A DNA stretch of 64,000 nucleotides, from IMG/VR virus record IMGVR_UViG_3300025030_000039, positions 60,878-124,877 of that record. One strand, 5' to 3'. Below are positions 47,731-58,707 of the stretch, piece after piece. The notes under the pieces were generated by a model. It made no database searches. It saw only the letters and a list, made by a program, of their open reading frames with translations, and was not told the DNA's origin. The position numbers and the translations under genes were made by a program. This DNA comes from a virus. Numbering within the stretch: position 1 is the stretch's first letter; each line of letters opens with the position of its first letter.

Positions 47731-50727
47731 TTATTCTATTATTATTAAATTTTTATCAATTTGTTTTCTATTTCCATTAGTATCTTCAATTGCTAAAGAA
47801 ATTGTATAATTTCCATTTTCAGTGAACATATAATTTAATTGCTTTTGGTTAAAATATATATTAGAAAAATTATCGTTAGTATTGTTTTTTATAGTCCAAA
47901 GTGGTTTAGTTTTTCCAGGAATTTTACATTTATCATAAGAAAAACTAATATATGTAAATGGTTTTAAAATTTTATATGTATCTAACAAATTTAAATTATC
48001 CCATGTTGGATTTGTAACTCGACTATTTTTCCATTTCTCAATAATTACTTTTCCTGGAGTACCAGATATTGAATTAATATCAGCTCCTTTTCCAGCAAAT
48101 TTAGCTACTGCTAAAATATATTTAACTTCATTATTTTCATCTAATACTGCATTATATACATATCTAGAAAATATAGTATCTTTACTATTATTCAATTCCG
48201 TTGCAGCATTAATTAAATCATAGCATTTAAAGGTATGTACGTGGGTATTAATACCGTCATCTAGGATTAAATCAGAACCATAGTATATATTGGTAATTTT
48301 AAAATACGTATTGCTATCACCGCTTACATCCGTTGAATCCCACCATAAATGTGTAGTGTCATTCCATAATCCATCAGTTAAATTATCCCAGAAATAAGGA
48401 CCTGGATAACTTATTTCATCATAAGCAGTAAATGTTTGTATATATGTTTTAGGATCAATATTATTAGGTAATGAATTTGCTCTATCTAAAACATCATACC
48501 AACTTAAATCACAATTATTCCATATTGTATCTTGAACTAATGGTAAATCCCAGTATGATCCATATTTATCCCAGGAAGTATTAGCATTTTTCCATTCATA
48601 TTTTTCATTTCTATATTTATAAAATCCTATAAAATCACTTTCTTTATCTTCAACAGTAATATGATTATATTTTATATCATAAGACATATGATTAAACGTA
48701 TCATATAATTTTAATTCTATTGTATATTCTCCTACATAAGGAAGATTTACTGGATATACTTCATAATCTGCAATTGCACCTCTTACATTATGATAAAATT
48801 CTGGAGTGGTATCAGCAGATTTGAAAACAGTCCATTCTATATCGTAAAAGCTACCTCTCAGAATACTATCCCAAGTATACATATTAGATAAAGAAATATT
48901 TTTTGTTTTAAAATCAGTATATATACTTCCTATATTATCAACACTTGTTACAAAGTTAAAATGTATTTGTTGTGATGCAACATTTATTCCTTTAACTCTA
49001 ACAGCATATCCTAAATCTGTTTCTACTACAGTAGGATAAAATCGTTCCCATGGAAGTCCATCACTAGTTATTTTTGTCCACCATAATACAACTAAATTTT
49101 CACTTATTTCTTTACTTGTATCTCCAGGTTGTGCTTGATATTCAATTTCTTGTCCAGAAATAGTTTCACTAATTTTAAATATTGTATATGACGTAACACT
49201 AATAGGTTCAAAATCATAAATATGATTTGCATCAGTATCTAAATTATTCCAAGTTAACATATAAGAATTATCCCAAGTTATATCAAAACTTGTATTTTCT
49301 AAAACTATTGGATATCCTACTGGTATGCCTTCTTTATCTGGAAATTGTTCTACTGTATTTAAATTTGGATAATAATTTTGAAAATATGCTAATAAAACAT
49401 TGGAGATATCTCCAAGTGTTATATCAGTAGCTTGAATTAATTCTCTAAAATCATGAGGAATATTCCATCCAGTATTTTCAGGCCATTGTAAATCTTCTAT
49501 ATTTCTCAAATCTATTACATAACCTGATGTTGAAGGGAGTACTTTAAATTTAGGATGTATACCAACATCAATATGTTGTCTTTCACTTATACATGGAAGA
49601 ACTATTTCTTTTATCTTTGTAAAATAATCGGCTTCTGCTGTAATGTCTAATATTCTAGCATTTAATGGTAAGAAATGATTTTTTAAAATCTTTTGCAAAC
49701 CCATAAACTTTATTAAAGCTTCTTCAATAGTATAATCGAAAGACTCTTCTGTTATTGGAATATCATATTCATCATAATATCCTTCTTTATGTCTATTTAT
49801 TCTAAATGATAAATTAAACATATTAGTTTTTCTATATGAATCACTTTTATCATTTATAATAGCGTCATTTAATTTAATAGAATTATCTTTTATACTAATA
49901 GATTTATTAGGAATATACTTACCATACTTAGAAGAATAAATATTTATATTTTTCCAATATTCTTTTATTACTAAATCATTATATCCAAAGTATTTAATAC
50001 TATTTATAAGTGCTTTATATGATCCAATATAAGGAACAATTTTATGGCCTTCTAATAATATTTCTTTTCTTTTTTCATTTAGAATAATATTATCTGATAG
50101 TTCTTCGTATATATCAGATTCTTTAAACATTGATAAATCATTTGCTATAAAATCATAACCCAAATTTTTAGTTAAGACTTTTAATCTTTCGTCTTCATCG
50201 ACAGTTTCACCATAAAACTTTATTTGTGCAAATATATTTCCAGTATTTAAATCTCTTAATAATAATACTCTTTCATAAATATCTTCTTCATCAGAATTAA
50301 TTGCTACATATAAAGATATAGGTTCATTATTAATAACATCAGTTATTTTTAATTCATCTATATTTAATGTTTCAGTTGGATCAAGATCCAATTCTATTTC
50401 TAAAGTATCTATATTTTCTATAGTAGGAGAAGTAGTACTTTGATTAAATTGAAATAAAAATATTTTTAATGTACTATCACTATACCACTCAGCTTGTATA
50501 TTTTTATTAGTAGCAGATGGATCACTAATATGAGGTTTACCGTATTTTATAACAGAATTAGTAGTGACAAATTTTTCAACTATAAATAGACTTTCTACCT
50601 CATATAAATTAGTAGAAACCTTAGGTAAAAATAAATTACCTATCCATTGATTACTTTCTGTATCAAATTCAAAATTGCAATTTTGACCCAGCTTATTAAA
50701 AAAAAATAAATTTTTATAATCAGTCAT
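47731..50727 (-). CDS. Large structural protein of 998 aa, possibly a baseplate wedge (gp7-like) by position.
   Basis: Size and position downstream of the gp25-like and 588 aa genes. Confidence 0.4.
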   Translation of the reverse strand: MTDYKNLFFFNKLGQNCNFEFDTESNQWIGNLFLPKVSTNLYEVESLFIVEKFVTTNSVIKYGKPHISDPSATNKNIQAEWYSDSTLKIFLFQFNQSTTSPTIENIDTLEIELDLDPTETLNIDELKITDVINNEPISLYVAINSDEEDIYERVLLLRDLNTGNIFAQIKFYGETVDEDERLKVLTKNLGYDFIANDLSMFKESDIYEELSDNIILNEKRKEILLEGHKIVPYIGSYKALINSIKYFGYNDLVIKEYWKNINIYSSKYGKYIPNKSISIKDNSIKLNDAIINDKSDSYRKTNMFNLSFRINRHKEGYYDEYDIPITEESFDYTIEEALIKFMGLQKILKNHFLPLNARILDITAEADYFTKIKEIVLPCISERQHIDVGIHPKFKVLPSTSGYVIDLRNIEDLQWPENTGWNIPHDFRELIQATDITLGDISNVLLAYFQNYYPNLNTVEQFPDKEGIPVGYPIVLENTSFDITWDNSYMLTWNNLDTDANHIYDFEPISVTSYTIFKISETISGQEIEYQAQPGDTSKEISENLVVLWWTKITSDGLPWERFYPTVVETDLGYAVRVKGINVASQQIHFNFVTSVDNIGSIYTDFKTKNISLSNMYTWDSILRGSFYDIEWTVFKSADTTPEFYHNVRGAIADYEVYPVNLPYVGEYTIELKLYDTFNHMSYDIKYNHITVEDKESDFIGFYKYRNEKYEWKNANTSWDKYGSYWDLPLVQDTIWNNCDLSWYDVLDRANSLPNNIDPKTYIQTFTAYDEISYPGPYFWDNLTDGLWNDTTHLWWDSTDVSGDSNTYFKITNIYYGSDLILDDGINTHVHTFKCYDLINAATELNNSKDTIFSRYVYNAVLDENNEVKYILAVAKFAGKGADINSISGTPGKVIIEKWKNSRVTNPTWDNLNLLDTYKILKPFTYISFSYDKCKIPGKTKPLWTIKNNTNDNFSNIYFNQKQLNYMFTENGNYTISLAIEDTNGNRKQIDKNLIIIE

Positions 50728-50969
50728 TAGTTAATCTTTTTATAGTTATATGGAACTGTGTAATTAAAAAATGTTCGTATATATTTAACATTTTCAATAT
50801 GATGAACCATTATATCATTAATATATTTTAGAAATCCATCCATATTAATATTTTTGAAAAGATAATTAGAACTAGTTTTTCTTATTAATACATCTTTATA
50901 ATCAAAGCCTAAATTTTTTAAACTTTCATTACGATAATATGTTAAATTATATAAACTTACTTTTGCCAT
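50727..50969 (-). CDS. Small hypothetical protein.
   Basis: ORF; start and stop overlap the neighbouring genes. Confidence 0.35.
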   Translation of the reverse strand: MAKVSLYNLTYYRNESLKNLGFDYKDVLIRKTSSNYLFKNINMDGFLKYINDIMVHHIENVKYIRTFFNYTVPYNYKKIN

Positions 50970-52735
50970 TATTTTAATTTCTTTCTATTATTTTCAGTTA
51001 TTCTATTATATAAATCGTATTTAACTTCACCTTTAAAAATAATATTTAAAGAAGATAGTTTAGTAGGTTCAGGATATATTTCATAAAATTTATTATTTCT
51101 ATCTCTCCATCCACCTCTTATAATTGGAACTTCTTTCTCTTTAATAACTATATCACCAAATTCATCTAATCCTAAATTTGGATTTTCATTTTGTTTAAGT
51201 GTTATTTTTTTATTTGTTAATAGTTTTTTTGTATTAGTTTTAGTATCATATCCTTCAACTGGAACATAATAATATCCTCTTATTAATGCTAATTCGTTTT
51301 CTTTAGAAACAAATGTAACATTTACAGAATCAATACCATCAATATTTTCTATTAAAGCTATTATATCAGATCTAGGTATTTTGTCTCTTCTTCTAACCGT
51401 TAAAAAATATTCACTTAATTTAGTTCTAATTTCAGATCTTAAATTACTTTCTGATTTATTTTCAAAATGAGTAATAATAATATTAATTGCATAATATTTA
51501 ATTATTGGATCAACTAATCTTAATTCTGAACTAATTAATTGTTGTTGACTTTCTTCGATTATATTGAATATATGTTCTTTTTCTAAAGGAGTTAATGTAA
51601 ATTCAGATTGATCTAAAGTAAAATAATCAACATCAGTTGTTACTTTTCTAGATATATCAGGTAATAAAAATAAATAAACAATATTATCATCATTTAAATA
51701 TTGATCATCAAATGTTGAATATGCATCAATAACAGAAAAGAAATTATATCTTCTTAAAAAATAAATATAATTATCAGGTCTTGCTAATACAAAAGATTTA
51801 CTAGCTTTAGGAGCTATCAATCTTGTAAAATCTAAAGGTTCAGAATCTGATCCAAATGAAGGTGGCATTAATATGCTTGTCATTAATACTTCATTTAAAT
51901 CTATTTCATTTCCATATTTATCAAATCCAGAATCTTCATATTTTAAAATTACTTCATTACTATTTCCAATATTTCCGCTTCTTCCATTTATCTTAATATA
52001 CTGTATTTCAATAATAGATCCTTCAGCTGGAATGGTTCCAAAATTTTCAGATCCAAAATATACGTCTAAACCTCCACTAATACCAGTTTTAACAATTACT
52101 CCTTCATCACCTCGCATCATATCATAAAGGCTTTCATATTTTTCCCATTTCTTTCCATTTATAAATACTTCGACTTGAAAATGATCTGTCATATCTTTAG
52201 TAGTTAAAGAATGACTTTCCATTGATCTTCCCTGTGATACAAATTGTTGTGATTCAATAGTTCCCTGATATATTTGAGCATGATGAAATGACGTATCTCC
52301 TTTTTCTAAAATAATATTATCCTTATCTAAAAATAAAAAATAAGGTAAATTATTAGTTAAACACATTATCTTTGTATACTTTGGAATTATTATATAATCA
52401 CCGACTATTTCTTTATCTATCCCGCTCTTTAATTTTAATGCAACCTTTCCAAATGCAGAAATACCTCTAGTAGGATTATGACCAGTTAATCGACTTAATC
52501 CATAAATAGATTCTCGATTTCTTGCAGTCATGAAATTTAATTCAGTTAATGCATTCTCAATATAATAAAATATTAATTCACTTATCTCAGATAATACATG
52601 AAGTATTTGAGAAAATGGACTAGCAGGTGTTAAAATATTTTTACTCTGTTCATATTTCTCAACTAAATATTTAAAAGCTTGTCCAAATATTTGAGCTGAT
52701 AATAAACGTTCCTTACTTAAAAATTTAAAATTCAT
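50969..52735 (-). CDS. Putative baseplate wedge protein (gp6/Baseplate_J-like by position).
   Basis: 588 aa ORF directly following a gp25-like gene, as in T4-type baseplate modules. No motif confirmation. Confidence 0.4.
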   Translation of the reverse strand: MNFKFLSKERLLSAQIFGQAFKYLVEKYEQSKNILTPASPFSQILHVLSEISELIFYYIENALTELNFMTARNRESIYGLSRLTGHNPTRGISAFGKVALKLKSGIDKEIVGDYIIIPKYTKIMCLTNNLPYFLFLDKDNIILEKGDTSFHHAQIYQGTIESQQFVSQGRSMESHSLTTKDMTDHFQVEVFINGKKWEKYESLYDMMRGDEGVIVKTGISGGLDVYFGSENFGTIPAEGSIIEIQYIKINGRSGNIGNSNEVILKYEDSGFDKYGNEIDLNEVLMTSILMPPSFGSDSEPLDFTRLIAPKASKSFVLARPDNYIYFLRRYNFFSVIDAYSTFDDQYLNDDNIVYLFLLPDISRKVTTDVDYFTLDQSEFTLTPLEKEHIFNIIEESQQQLISSELRLVDPIIKYYAINIIITHFENKSESNLRSEIRTKLSEYFLTVRRRDKIPRSDIIALIENIDGIDSVNVTFVSKENELALIRGYYYVPVEGYDTKTNTKKLLTNKKITLKQNENPNLGLDEFGDIVIKEKEVPIIRGGWRDRNNKFYEIYPEPTKLSSLNIIFKGEVKYDLYNRITENNRKKLK

Positions 52736-52800
52736 TCTATTGAATATATTATTTTATTATATATCCAAAACGAAAAAGTCTCTAAGAAATTATAAACTTT

Positions 52801-53160
52801 TTATAAAAGTATGCTTAAAGATTTTTTACCTTCAATTATAATATCAATTAAAGCAATATCTTTTTCAGTTCCTCTTAAAAAATAAGCTCTAACATCAACT
52901 GGATGAATTCTAGATAATGGACAATAGTTAATTATATTAGAAGATACTTTAGCAATTAATTCGTTTTCATTAACATTAAATGTAAATAATAATTCTTCTA
53001 AATTAACTCCCATCCCTGGAAATCCAATTACTTCTCTTCTTTTAGTAAATAAAATATTTTCTATTTGAATAATTAATAAAGAAACAGTATCAGATAATTC
53101 CATAATATCTGATTGATATTTAGGAGCAGTATCATCTCTTGTATAAAAATCTCTTGGCAT
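52801..53160 (-). CDS. gp25/GPW-like baseplate wedge protein.
   Basis: 119 aa; ENILFTKRREVIGFPGMGVNLEELLF resembles the T4 gp25 LLGIITTRKGSRPFDPEFGCDLSDQLFE region. Confidence 0.55.
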   Translation of the reverse strand: MPRDFYTRDDTAPKYQSDIMELSDTVSLLIIQIENILFTKRREVIGFPGMGVNLEELLFTFNVNENELIAKVSSNIINYCPLSRIHPVDVRAYFLRGTEKDIALIDIIIEGKKSLSILL

Positions 53161-53165
53161 ATCTT

Positions 53166-53552
53166 TTATTTATTTATTAGAATTTTAGAATAAAACAATT
53201 CAAATACTCCAGAAAATGCTACATATAAAATACCTAGTTCTAAAAATATATTTATTCCACATGATTCATAAAAAATTATTGCACAACATAAACATGTAAT
53301 CATTAAAGATTTTGCACAGTGCCAAGCATCTGTTACAGAAACTAAAAATGTCATTGATCCAAAAAATGCTGGACCTTTTTTTGGATCTTTATCTTTATAC
53401 TTATTTTTCCAACTAACTGCGGGATTAATCCATGATATTAATTTTTCATTTTTTATATCATTAAAAATAGATTTATAAAATCTAAATGAAAGCACGTCCA
53501 TTATAGCATTTAAAATTCCAGCAATTAAAATAAATATTAATGATACAATCAT
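53166..53552 (-). CDS. Small multi-pass membrane protein.
   Basis: Hydrophobic segments IVSLIFILIAGILNAIM and ITCLCCAIIFY. Confidence 0.4.
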   Translation of the reverse strand: MIVSLIFILIAGILNAIMDVLSFRFYKSIFNDIKNEKLISWINPAVSWKNKYKDKDPKKGPAFFGSMTFLVSVTDAWHCAKSLMITCLCCAIIFYESCGINIFLELGILYVAFSGVFELFYSKILINK

Positions 53553-53851
53553 TTTTTATTCATTTTATTTACAATAAATGCTACTAAAGTAATAATAGGT
53601 TTAACTATCCAAGCATATCCTATAAATACTAATGCTATAATAGATAATATTAATGCTCCTAAATTAAATATAGTTCCAACTATATTATCTATAGTTGTTC
53701 CTTCTGTTGTAAAATTTAATATAATTGATGTTATAATAACTAATGAAGCTCCAAACAATATTTGTGTAATAGTATTAAATAATAAACTCTGAAAAAACTT
53801 ACAAAATATATTTGTACATTTTTTCTCTTTAAATGATTTTAAAAAATTCAT
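53549..53851 (-). CDS. Small membrane protein with two to three transmembrane helices.
   Basis: Hydrophobic segments. Confidence 0.4.
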   Translation of the reverse strand: MNFLKSFKEKKCTNIFCKFFQSLLFNTITQILFGASLVIITSIILNFTTEGTTIDNIVGTIFNLGALILSIIALVFIGYAWIVKPIITLVAFIVNKMNKK

Positions 53852-54258
53852 ATATTTTTATTTTTTTCTATTTCTAAACTTACTAATTTTTTATACTCAT
53901 AATAATCTGAATTTTTAACTGTTTGAGTACAACATCTAAGACAATCTAAATCTAAATAATAAACTAATATCATAGGATTACTATTAGTTATACTTGGAAT
54001 TAATTGAAAGCATAAAGGATCTTTAATAGCATCTTTATTTTCATTAAAAGGATGATTATAATTTTTAAAAACTTTATTAAATATTTCAAGAGTATATATT
54101 TCATCAATAGTATTTGATGAAAATAATAATTCTATATCTTTACATATATTTGTACAACTATCATTAATATATCCAAAATTTTTAAAATAAGTATAAATTT
54201 TTTTAGATATAAATAAATCTGCGTATATTCTACTTCTAGTTTTTTCTTTGTAATTCAT
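53848..54258 (-). CDS. Hypothetical protein.
   Basis: ORF. Confidence 0.35.
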   Translation of the reverse strand: MNYKEKTRSRIYADLFISKKIYTYFKNFGYINDSCTNICKDIELLFSSNTIDEIYTLEIFNKVFKNYNHPFNENKDAIKDPLCFQLIPSITNSNPMILVYYLDLDCLRCCTQTVKNSDYYEYKKLVSLEIEKNKNI

Positions 54259-54259
54259 A

Positions 54260-54583
54260 TTAAATTTTTATAAAGTGATTATTGTATTTAGTTAATTCCG
54301 TTATATTTTTTTCTACCTTTCTACAAATTAATCCAAATTCTTCTAAGTCATTTTGATTAAGTTTAAAAAATTCTCCTTTAATTTGTTTATTTGAATAATT
54401 TCTTTTTAAATAAGCTTCAATTTTTGTAGCAAATTTTGTATTGTATTCTAATATTACTTTCCATTCTCCAGGATTACCGGTTGTCATTCCTTTAATTCTA
54501 TCTTCCATATTTTGACCAGTCCAACCTATTTTATATTGAACTTCTTCTCCTATTATATTTTCTATTAAATAAACTTTTTTCAT
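54260..54583 (-). CDS. Small GIY-YIG-superfamily (T5orf172/MUG113-like) domain protein.
   Basis: KKVYLIEN...YKIGWTGQNMEDRIKGMTTGNPGEWK...KGEFFKL matches the YKIGxT...R...GEWF pattern. Confidence 0.5.
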   Translation of the reverse strand: MKKVYLIENIIGEEVQYKIGWTGQNMEDRIKGMTTGNPGEWKVILEYNTKFATKIEAYLKRNYSNKQIKGEFFKLNQNDLEEFGLICRKVEKNITELTKYNNHFIKI

Positions 54584-54984
54584 CTACTAGGTATTGCTAA
54601 ATCTCCATAATATAAAACTTCTTTTTCATTTGGTATTTCTATAAATCCATTCTTTTTATAAAAATTAAATTGTTTCTTAGAATCTGCTCCATATCCACCA
54701 GGAGTAACATATATTGATTTTGGATCATATTTTTTTATTATTTCTTTTATAGCTATTTGTAAAATTTTAGATCCTACTCCTTTTCCTTTTCCTAATACAT
54801 CTGGAATATTTACTCTATTAATATACCATTCACAGTTATTAATATTTGAAATTTCACATACTCCTAAACTAAAATTTTCTTTATAATATACATTGACATA
54901 TTCCTTTGTTGAAACAATAGTTATATTGTTAGATTCACTTAATGTTTCGCTTTTAAATAATTTATATTCTTTTATGTATTTCAT
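54580..54984 (-). CDS. GNAT family N-acetyltransferase with a leader-like N-terminus (MKYIKEYKLFKSE).
   Basis: LGKGKGVGSKILQIAIKEI matches GNAT motif A (R/Q-x-x-G-x-G/A) and FYKKNGF matches motif B. Confidence 0.55.
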   Translation of the reverse strand: MKYIKEYKLFKSETLSESNNITIVSTKEYVNVYYKENFSLGVCEISNINNCEWYINRVNIPDVLGKGKGVGSKILQIAIKEIIKKYDPKSIYVTPGGYGADSKKQFNFYKKNGFIEIPNEKEVLYYGDLAIPSR

Positions 54985-55001
54985 TTTTCATGTTTTATTT
55001 T

Positions 55002-55532
55002 CTATAAAAATCCAAAATCATCAGCATTATACAAATGCTCGTATTTATTTTTTATTTTACTACTAACACTTAACTTTCTTATAAATTCATACTTTAAATA
55101 TAAATTGGGATCTTCACTCAACCAATTATCAACTATACTATCTATATCATTTCCAATTATATCTAATTGCTCTATCTTTAAAAATTCTTTTGGTAATTTT
55201 TTAAGATTATTATTATTTAAACTTAATATTCTTAATTTTTTTAACTGACTTATCTTTTTAGATATCAACGTTAATTTATTATTATTTAAATCTAATACGA
55301 CTAAATTTTTAAGTTTTAATATGTCATCAGGTACTGATGACAATTGATTATCAAATAAATAAAGTTGTATTAAATTTTTAAATTTATATACTCTATCTGG
55401 AATAGTTGTTATTTGATGTCCGTTTAAATATATTACATCATCATTTATATTTTTTTCAGCTATAATACTCATAGCTATATCAGGTCCTTTATTTTCTAAT
55501 AAAAATTCTTCATATTCTAAAATGTATTTCAT
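55002..55532 (-). CDS. Leucine-rich repeat (LRR) protein with the leader N-terminus MKYILEYEEFLLEN.
   Basis: Five or more LxxLxLxxNxL repeats: LIQLYLFDNQLSSVP, LKNLVVLDLNNNKLT and LKKLRILSLNNNNLKKLP. Confidence 0.7.
   Translation of the reverse strand: MKYILEYEEFLLENKGPDIAMSIIAEKNINDDVIYLNGHQITTIPDRVYKFKNLIQLYLFDNQLSSVPDDILKLKNLVVLDLNNNKLTLISKKISQLKKLRILSLNNNNLKKLPKEFLKIEQLDIIGNDIDSIVDNWLSEDPNLYLKYEFIRKLSVSSKIKNKYEHLYNADDFGFL
55494..55532 (-). repeat. Copy of the 39 to 41 nt leader-encoding DNA repeat, one mismatch relative to the other two copies.
   Basis: ttctaataaaaattcttcatattctaaaatgtatttcat. Confidence 0.7.
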
Positions 55533-56140
55533 TTTCCACGTCTTATATTAGTTAATATTCTCAAATCATTTGCACTATGTTGTGTATAATTTAAATTAAA
55601 TTTCTTAGAAAATATTTTAAAATCAAAAGGATCAGAATCTCCGCCACTATGAATTATTGTATACTTTAAAATTAATTCTGCCAAGTCTTTAGATGTACTA
55701 GCGTCAATTATTTTTCTTTCTAAATATAATCTTATTTGATTATCCATTAATACACTATCTAAAGCTACTAATAATTGTTGCCTACTTCTTTCAGGCCCTA
55801 TATCATCAAATCTTTGAAGCAATCTCATACTAGTTACTTTTTCTTTGAAAGGTCTTATTTGTTTTGTATAATATAACAAAGTAACTTCTAATTTATTTTC
55901 ATCTTTGTTTCCTTCTTTTTCTTTTGCTTTTCTTAAAACTTCATCAAATTCTTTTTGCGATGCAGTTCCTTTAACAGTATTAGGAGTTCTAAATGAGTTA
56001 CTTGATTTTGATTTATTTTTATCATTAGAAGTGTTTTTAAACTTATTCGCATATTCGGGTGGAATATAACGTCCACTATATCTTATTTTTTCATCATCTG
56101 CTTCTAATAAAAATTCTTCGTATTCTAAAATGTATTTCAT
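55529..56140 (-). CDS. Hypothetical protein with the leader MKYILEYEEFLLEA.
   Basis: ORF; leader family member. Confidence 0.45.
   Translation of the reverse strand: MKYILEYEEFLLEADDEKIRYSGRYIPPEYANKFKNTSNDKNKSKSSNSFRTPNTVKGTASQKEFDEVLRKAKEKEGNKDENKLEVTLLYYTKQIRPFKEKVTSMRLLQRFDDIGPERSRQQLLVALDSVLMDNQIRLYLERKIIDASTSKDLAELILKYTIIHSGGDSDPFDFKIFSKKFNLNYTQHSANDLRILTNIRRGK
56100..56140 (-). repeat. 41 nt leader-encoding DNA repeat, identical to the copy at 58273..58313.
   Basis: gcttctaataaaaattcttcgtattctaaaatgtatttcat. Confidence 0.8.
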
Positions 56141-56195
56141 ATGCTTACTCTATTTTAATTATATATTTTGAATATATAATTAAAAATAGAAGGTT

Positions 56196-57197
56196 ATGAA
56201 GTTTATATTAGAGTATGAAGAATTTTTGTTTGAGAATACTAGATATGTAGATGCTGAAAAAGACTTTTTAAAAACTAAAAGAATAGATAAAAAGACTTGG
56301 GATTATTTAATAACAAATATAAGTAATAAATATGTTTATTGGGCTGTAAGAGAGTATGTTTTAAATAAAGAAAATAATAGAATTGGTAATAAATTAGAAG
56401 ATTATGTTAATATATCACGAATGTATGATATCAAAGGAAATACATTTGCTAAAAATGAAAGAGATTTATATAATTTTTCAGATTTTAATAAAAATAACGA
56501 TTATACATTTAATAAAGTAAAAGATTTATATAATATTAATAACAGTTTAAAAATCAAACCAAAAGATATATTTAAAACTAGAACAGATTTAGTTGAAATA
56601 GGAAGTAATATTTTATATGAAGATAAAGAAGGTAATATTGTAGTTGAAGCATTAAATAGAGCTGCTGATTTATATTGGGGAAGTTGGTATAAAAAAAGAG
56701 AAGGTGCATTAGTTATAGATAACTGTATGACAAGTGAACCTTCATCTGATATAAAATATTTAAAAGATGTTCCAGAGGGTGGTAGACTTTATATTATATT
56801 ACCTAAAGAACCGATAATTATATTAAGAAGATTATTTATAATGGAATATGAAGATGCATGGGGATTCGTAGGTCATCAAGATTTTTCGATTGAAGAAACT
56901 AGTTATAAAAATATGTTAATTAAAAAATATCATGCTTTATATAAAGAATTAAATAAAAAATTAAATTATAAAAATGAAGAATTATATAATATAATTAAAA
57001 GACTTTTTGAGTTAGATAGTAAACATGTAATCTATGATTACATTTATAATGGTTATAATGAATTAGATATTAATATAGAATTTAATGAATTTATTAAACA
57101 ATTAAACAATAATTTTAATCATATACCATCATATATGTCAGAGTATTTTATAGAATTATATAATTATTATCATGGATTAACTAATAAAATAGTTTAA
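56196..57197 (+). CDS. Hypothetical protein with the leader MKFILEYEEFLFEN. It is the only plus-strand gene in the window.
   Basis: ORF; leader family member. Confidence 0.45.
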   Translation: MKFILEYEEFLFENTRYVDAEKDFLKTKRIDKKTWDYLITNISNKYVYWAVREYVLNKENNRIGNKLEDYVNISRMYDIKGNTFAKNERDLYNFSDFNKNNDYTFNKVKDLYNINNSLKIKPKDIFKTRTDLVEIGSNILYEDKEGNIVVEALNRAADLYWGSWYKKREGALVIDNCMTSEPSSDIKYLKDVPEGGRLYIILPKEPIIILRRLFIMEYEDAWGFVGHQDFSIEETSYKNMLIKKYHALYKELNKKLNYKNEELYNIIKRLFELDSKHVIYDYIYNGYNELDINIEFNEFIKQLNNNFNHIPSYMSEYFIELYNYYHGLTNKIV

Positions 57198-57296
57198 AAA
57201 TTAATTGAACATAAGTAATAAAAATAGAAAATGATATAAAAAAGTATTTACTTAAAGGTTATAATAAAATATATTTTAAATTATAACATTTAAAAA

Positions 57297-58313
57297 TTAT
57301 TTTCTTTGTTTGTATTTATTTTTTATATAATCATTAATATCTTCTTCACTCATACCTTTACGTCTTAAAATATTTTTCATAACATGTGTACGTTTTTCTT
57401 CTTTACTCATATTTTTTAAATTTACTGTTGGTGCTGGACCAGATTTAATTTGTTTATATTTAAATTTAATATAGTCGTTAATCTCTTCATCACTTGCGCC
57501 TTTACGTCTTAAATGAGTTTTAATAGTAGATATATTGAAATTTGATCTTTCTTCATCATTAAGAGATGAAGAAAGATTATTAAATTTACTCATAGTGTAT
57601 TCATTATATTTTTTAACGACTTCTTTAGCCATATTTAATGTCGGTTCATTAGCTAACCAAACATATAAATTATGTTTGGTTTTAGAAAATTCATGCTTAT
57701 CTATAACTTTAGAACTAAAATATTGTTCTACTTCTTTTAATGTTTTAGGATCTTTAGATAAAGAATATGAATCATAAAGCTTTAATATTTTAGTACATAT
57801 AATATTAAATTTAGGACTTAAATTAAAAAATACACGGCTTGGATATGCATTACCATTGTTTTGTTCTATTTCTCTGTATATAGTTTGGAGTGCAAGAAGT
57901 ACCGCTTCTTCTTGCGATAATCCATCATATTTAGGAGATGTATCTTTAAGTATATTACGTCTATCTATAAAATCGCTAGAAAGTTCATTTAGTATTTTTT
58001 CAGTTAATTCTTTAGTAGGGGCTTCATTTGTTTTTAAAGAATATAATGGTTTATTAGGCACTAAATCGCTATTTAAAAAATATTTAAATATTAAACGTAA
58101 TATTGCAGCATAATTTTTAATATTTTCTTTTTTAAGAAACTCTATAGGTTTAAACTCTTCGTTACTTAAATAAATTTTATTTGATTTTTTAAAAAGTTCA
58201 TATATTTTGGTTAAACTTTTGTATAAATCATTTATATTTTGTTGTTTATTTTTTTCTTTACGACCTGTATTAGCTTCTAATAAAAATTCTTCGTATTCTA
58301 AAATGTATTTCAT
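57297..58313 (-). CDS. Hypothetical protein with the leader MKYILEYEEFLLEAN. Its C-terminus contains two copies of a (E/D)EINDYIK(F/N)KYKQ motif.
   Basis: ORF; leader family member. Confidence 0.45.
   Translation of the reverse strand: MKYILEYEEFLLEANTGRKEKNKQQNINDLYKSLTKIYELFKKSNKIYLSNEEFKPIEFLKKENIKNYAAILRLIFKYFLNSDLVPNKPLYSLKTNEAPTKELTEKILNELSSDFIDRRNILKDTSPKYDGLSQEEAVLLALQTIYREIEQNNGNAYPSRVFFNLSPKFNIICTKILKLYDSYSLSKDPKTLKEVEQYFSSKVIDKHEFSKTKHNLYVWLANEPTLNMAKEVVKKYNEYTMSKFNNLSSSLNDEERSNFNISTIKTHLRRKGASDEEINDYIKFKYKQIKSGPAPTVNLKNMSKEEKRTHVMKNILRRKGMSEEDINDYIKNKYKQRK
58273..58313 (-). repeat. 41 nt leader-encoding DNA repeat, identical to the copy at 56100..56140.
   Basis: gcttctaataaaaattcttcgtattctaaaatgtatttcat. 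Confidence 0.8.
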
Positions 58314-58693
58314 TTATTTAATTCATTTAAGTTAAAGTATCTAAACCCTCTAAATCCTTTCATAGGAATTGGCTCTATTTCATTAAATTGTCCTGATCTT
58401 TCTATAAATTTACCACTCCAATTTTTTCCTGTAGTAGAACATGTAAAAGATTTTTCCTTTATTCCTGTTATTTTCATCCATCCCACAACATTACCATTAT
58501 AATTTAGGTAACATTTATTTCCTACTATATCTTTTTTAGGAAGAAATGGAACTTTAAAATTTAAATTATTAGATCCATTTTTAACAGAATCTAATTCTTT
58601 TCTATATTCATTCCAATCTATATTAGAAGGTATAGTTATTATTATATCACTCTTATCAGTAACAACTTCTTCATATTCTTTTATATACTTCAT
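58310..58693 (-). CDS. Hypothetical protein with the leader variant MKYIKEYEEV.
   Basis: ORF. Confidence 0.4.
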   Translation of the reverse strand: MKYIKEYEEVVTDKSDIIITIPSNIDWNEYRKELDSVKNGSNNLNFKVPFLPKKDIVGNKCYLNYNGNVVGWMKITGIKEKSFTCSTTGKNWSGKFIERSGQFNEIEPIPMKGFRGFRYFNLNELNK

Positions 58694-58707
58694 TACTTAA
58701 ATTATTT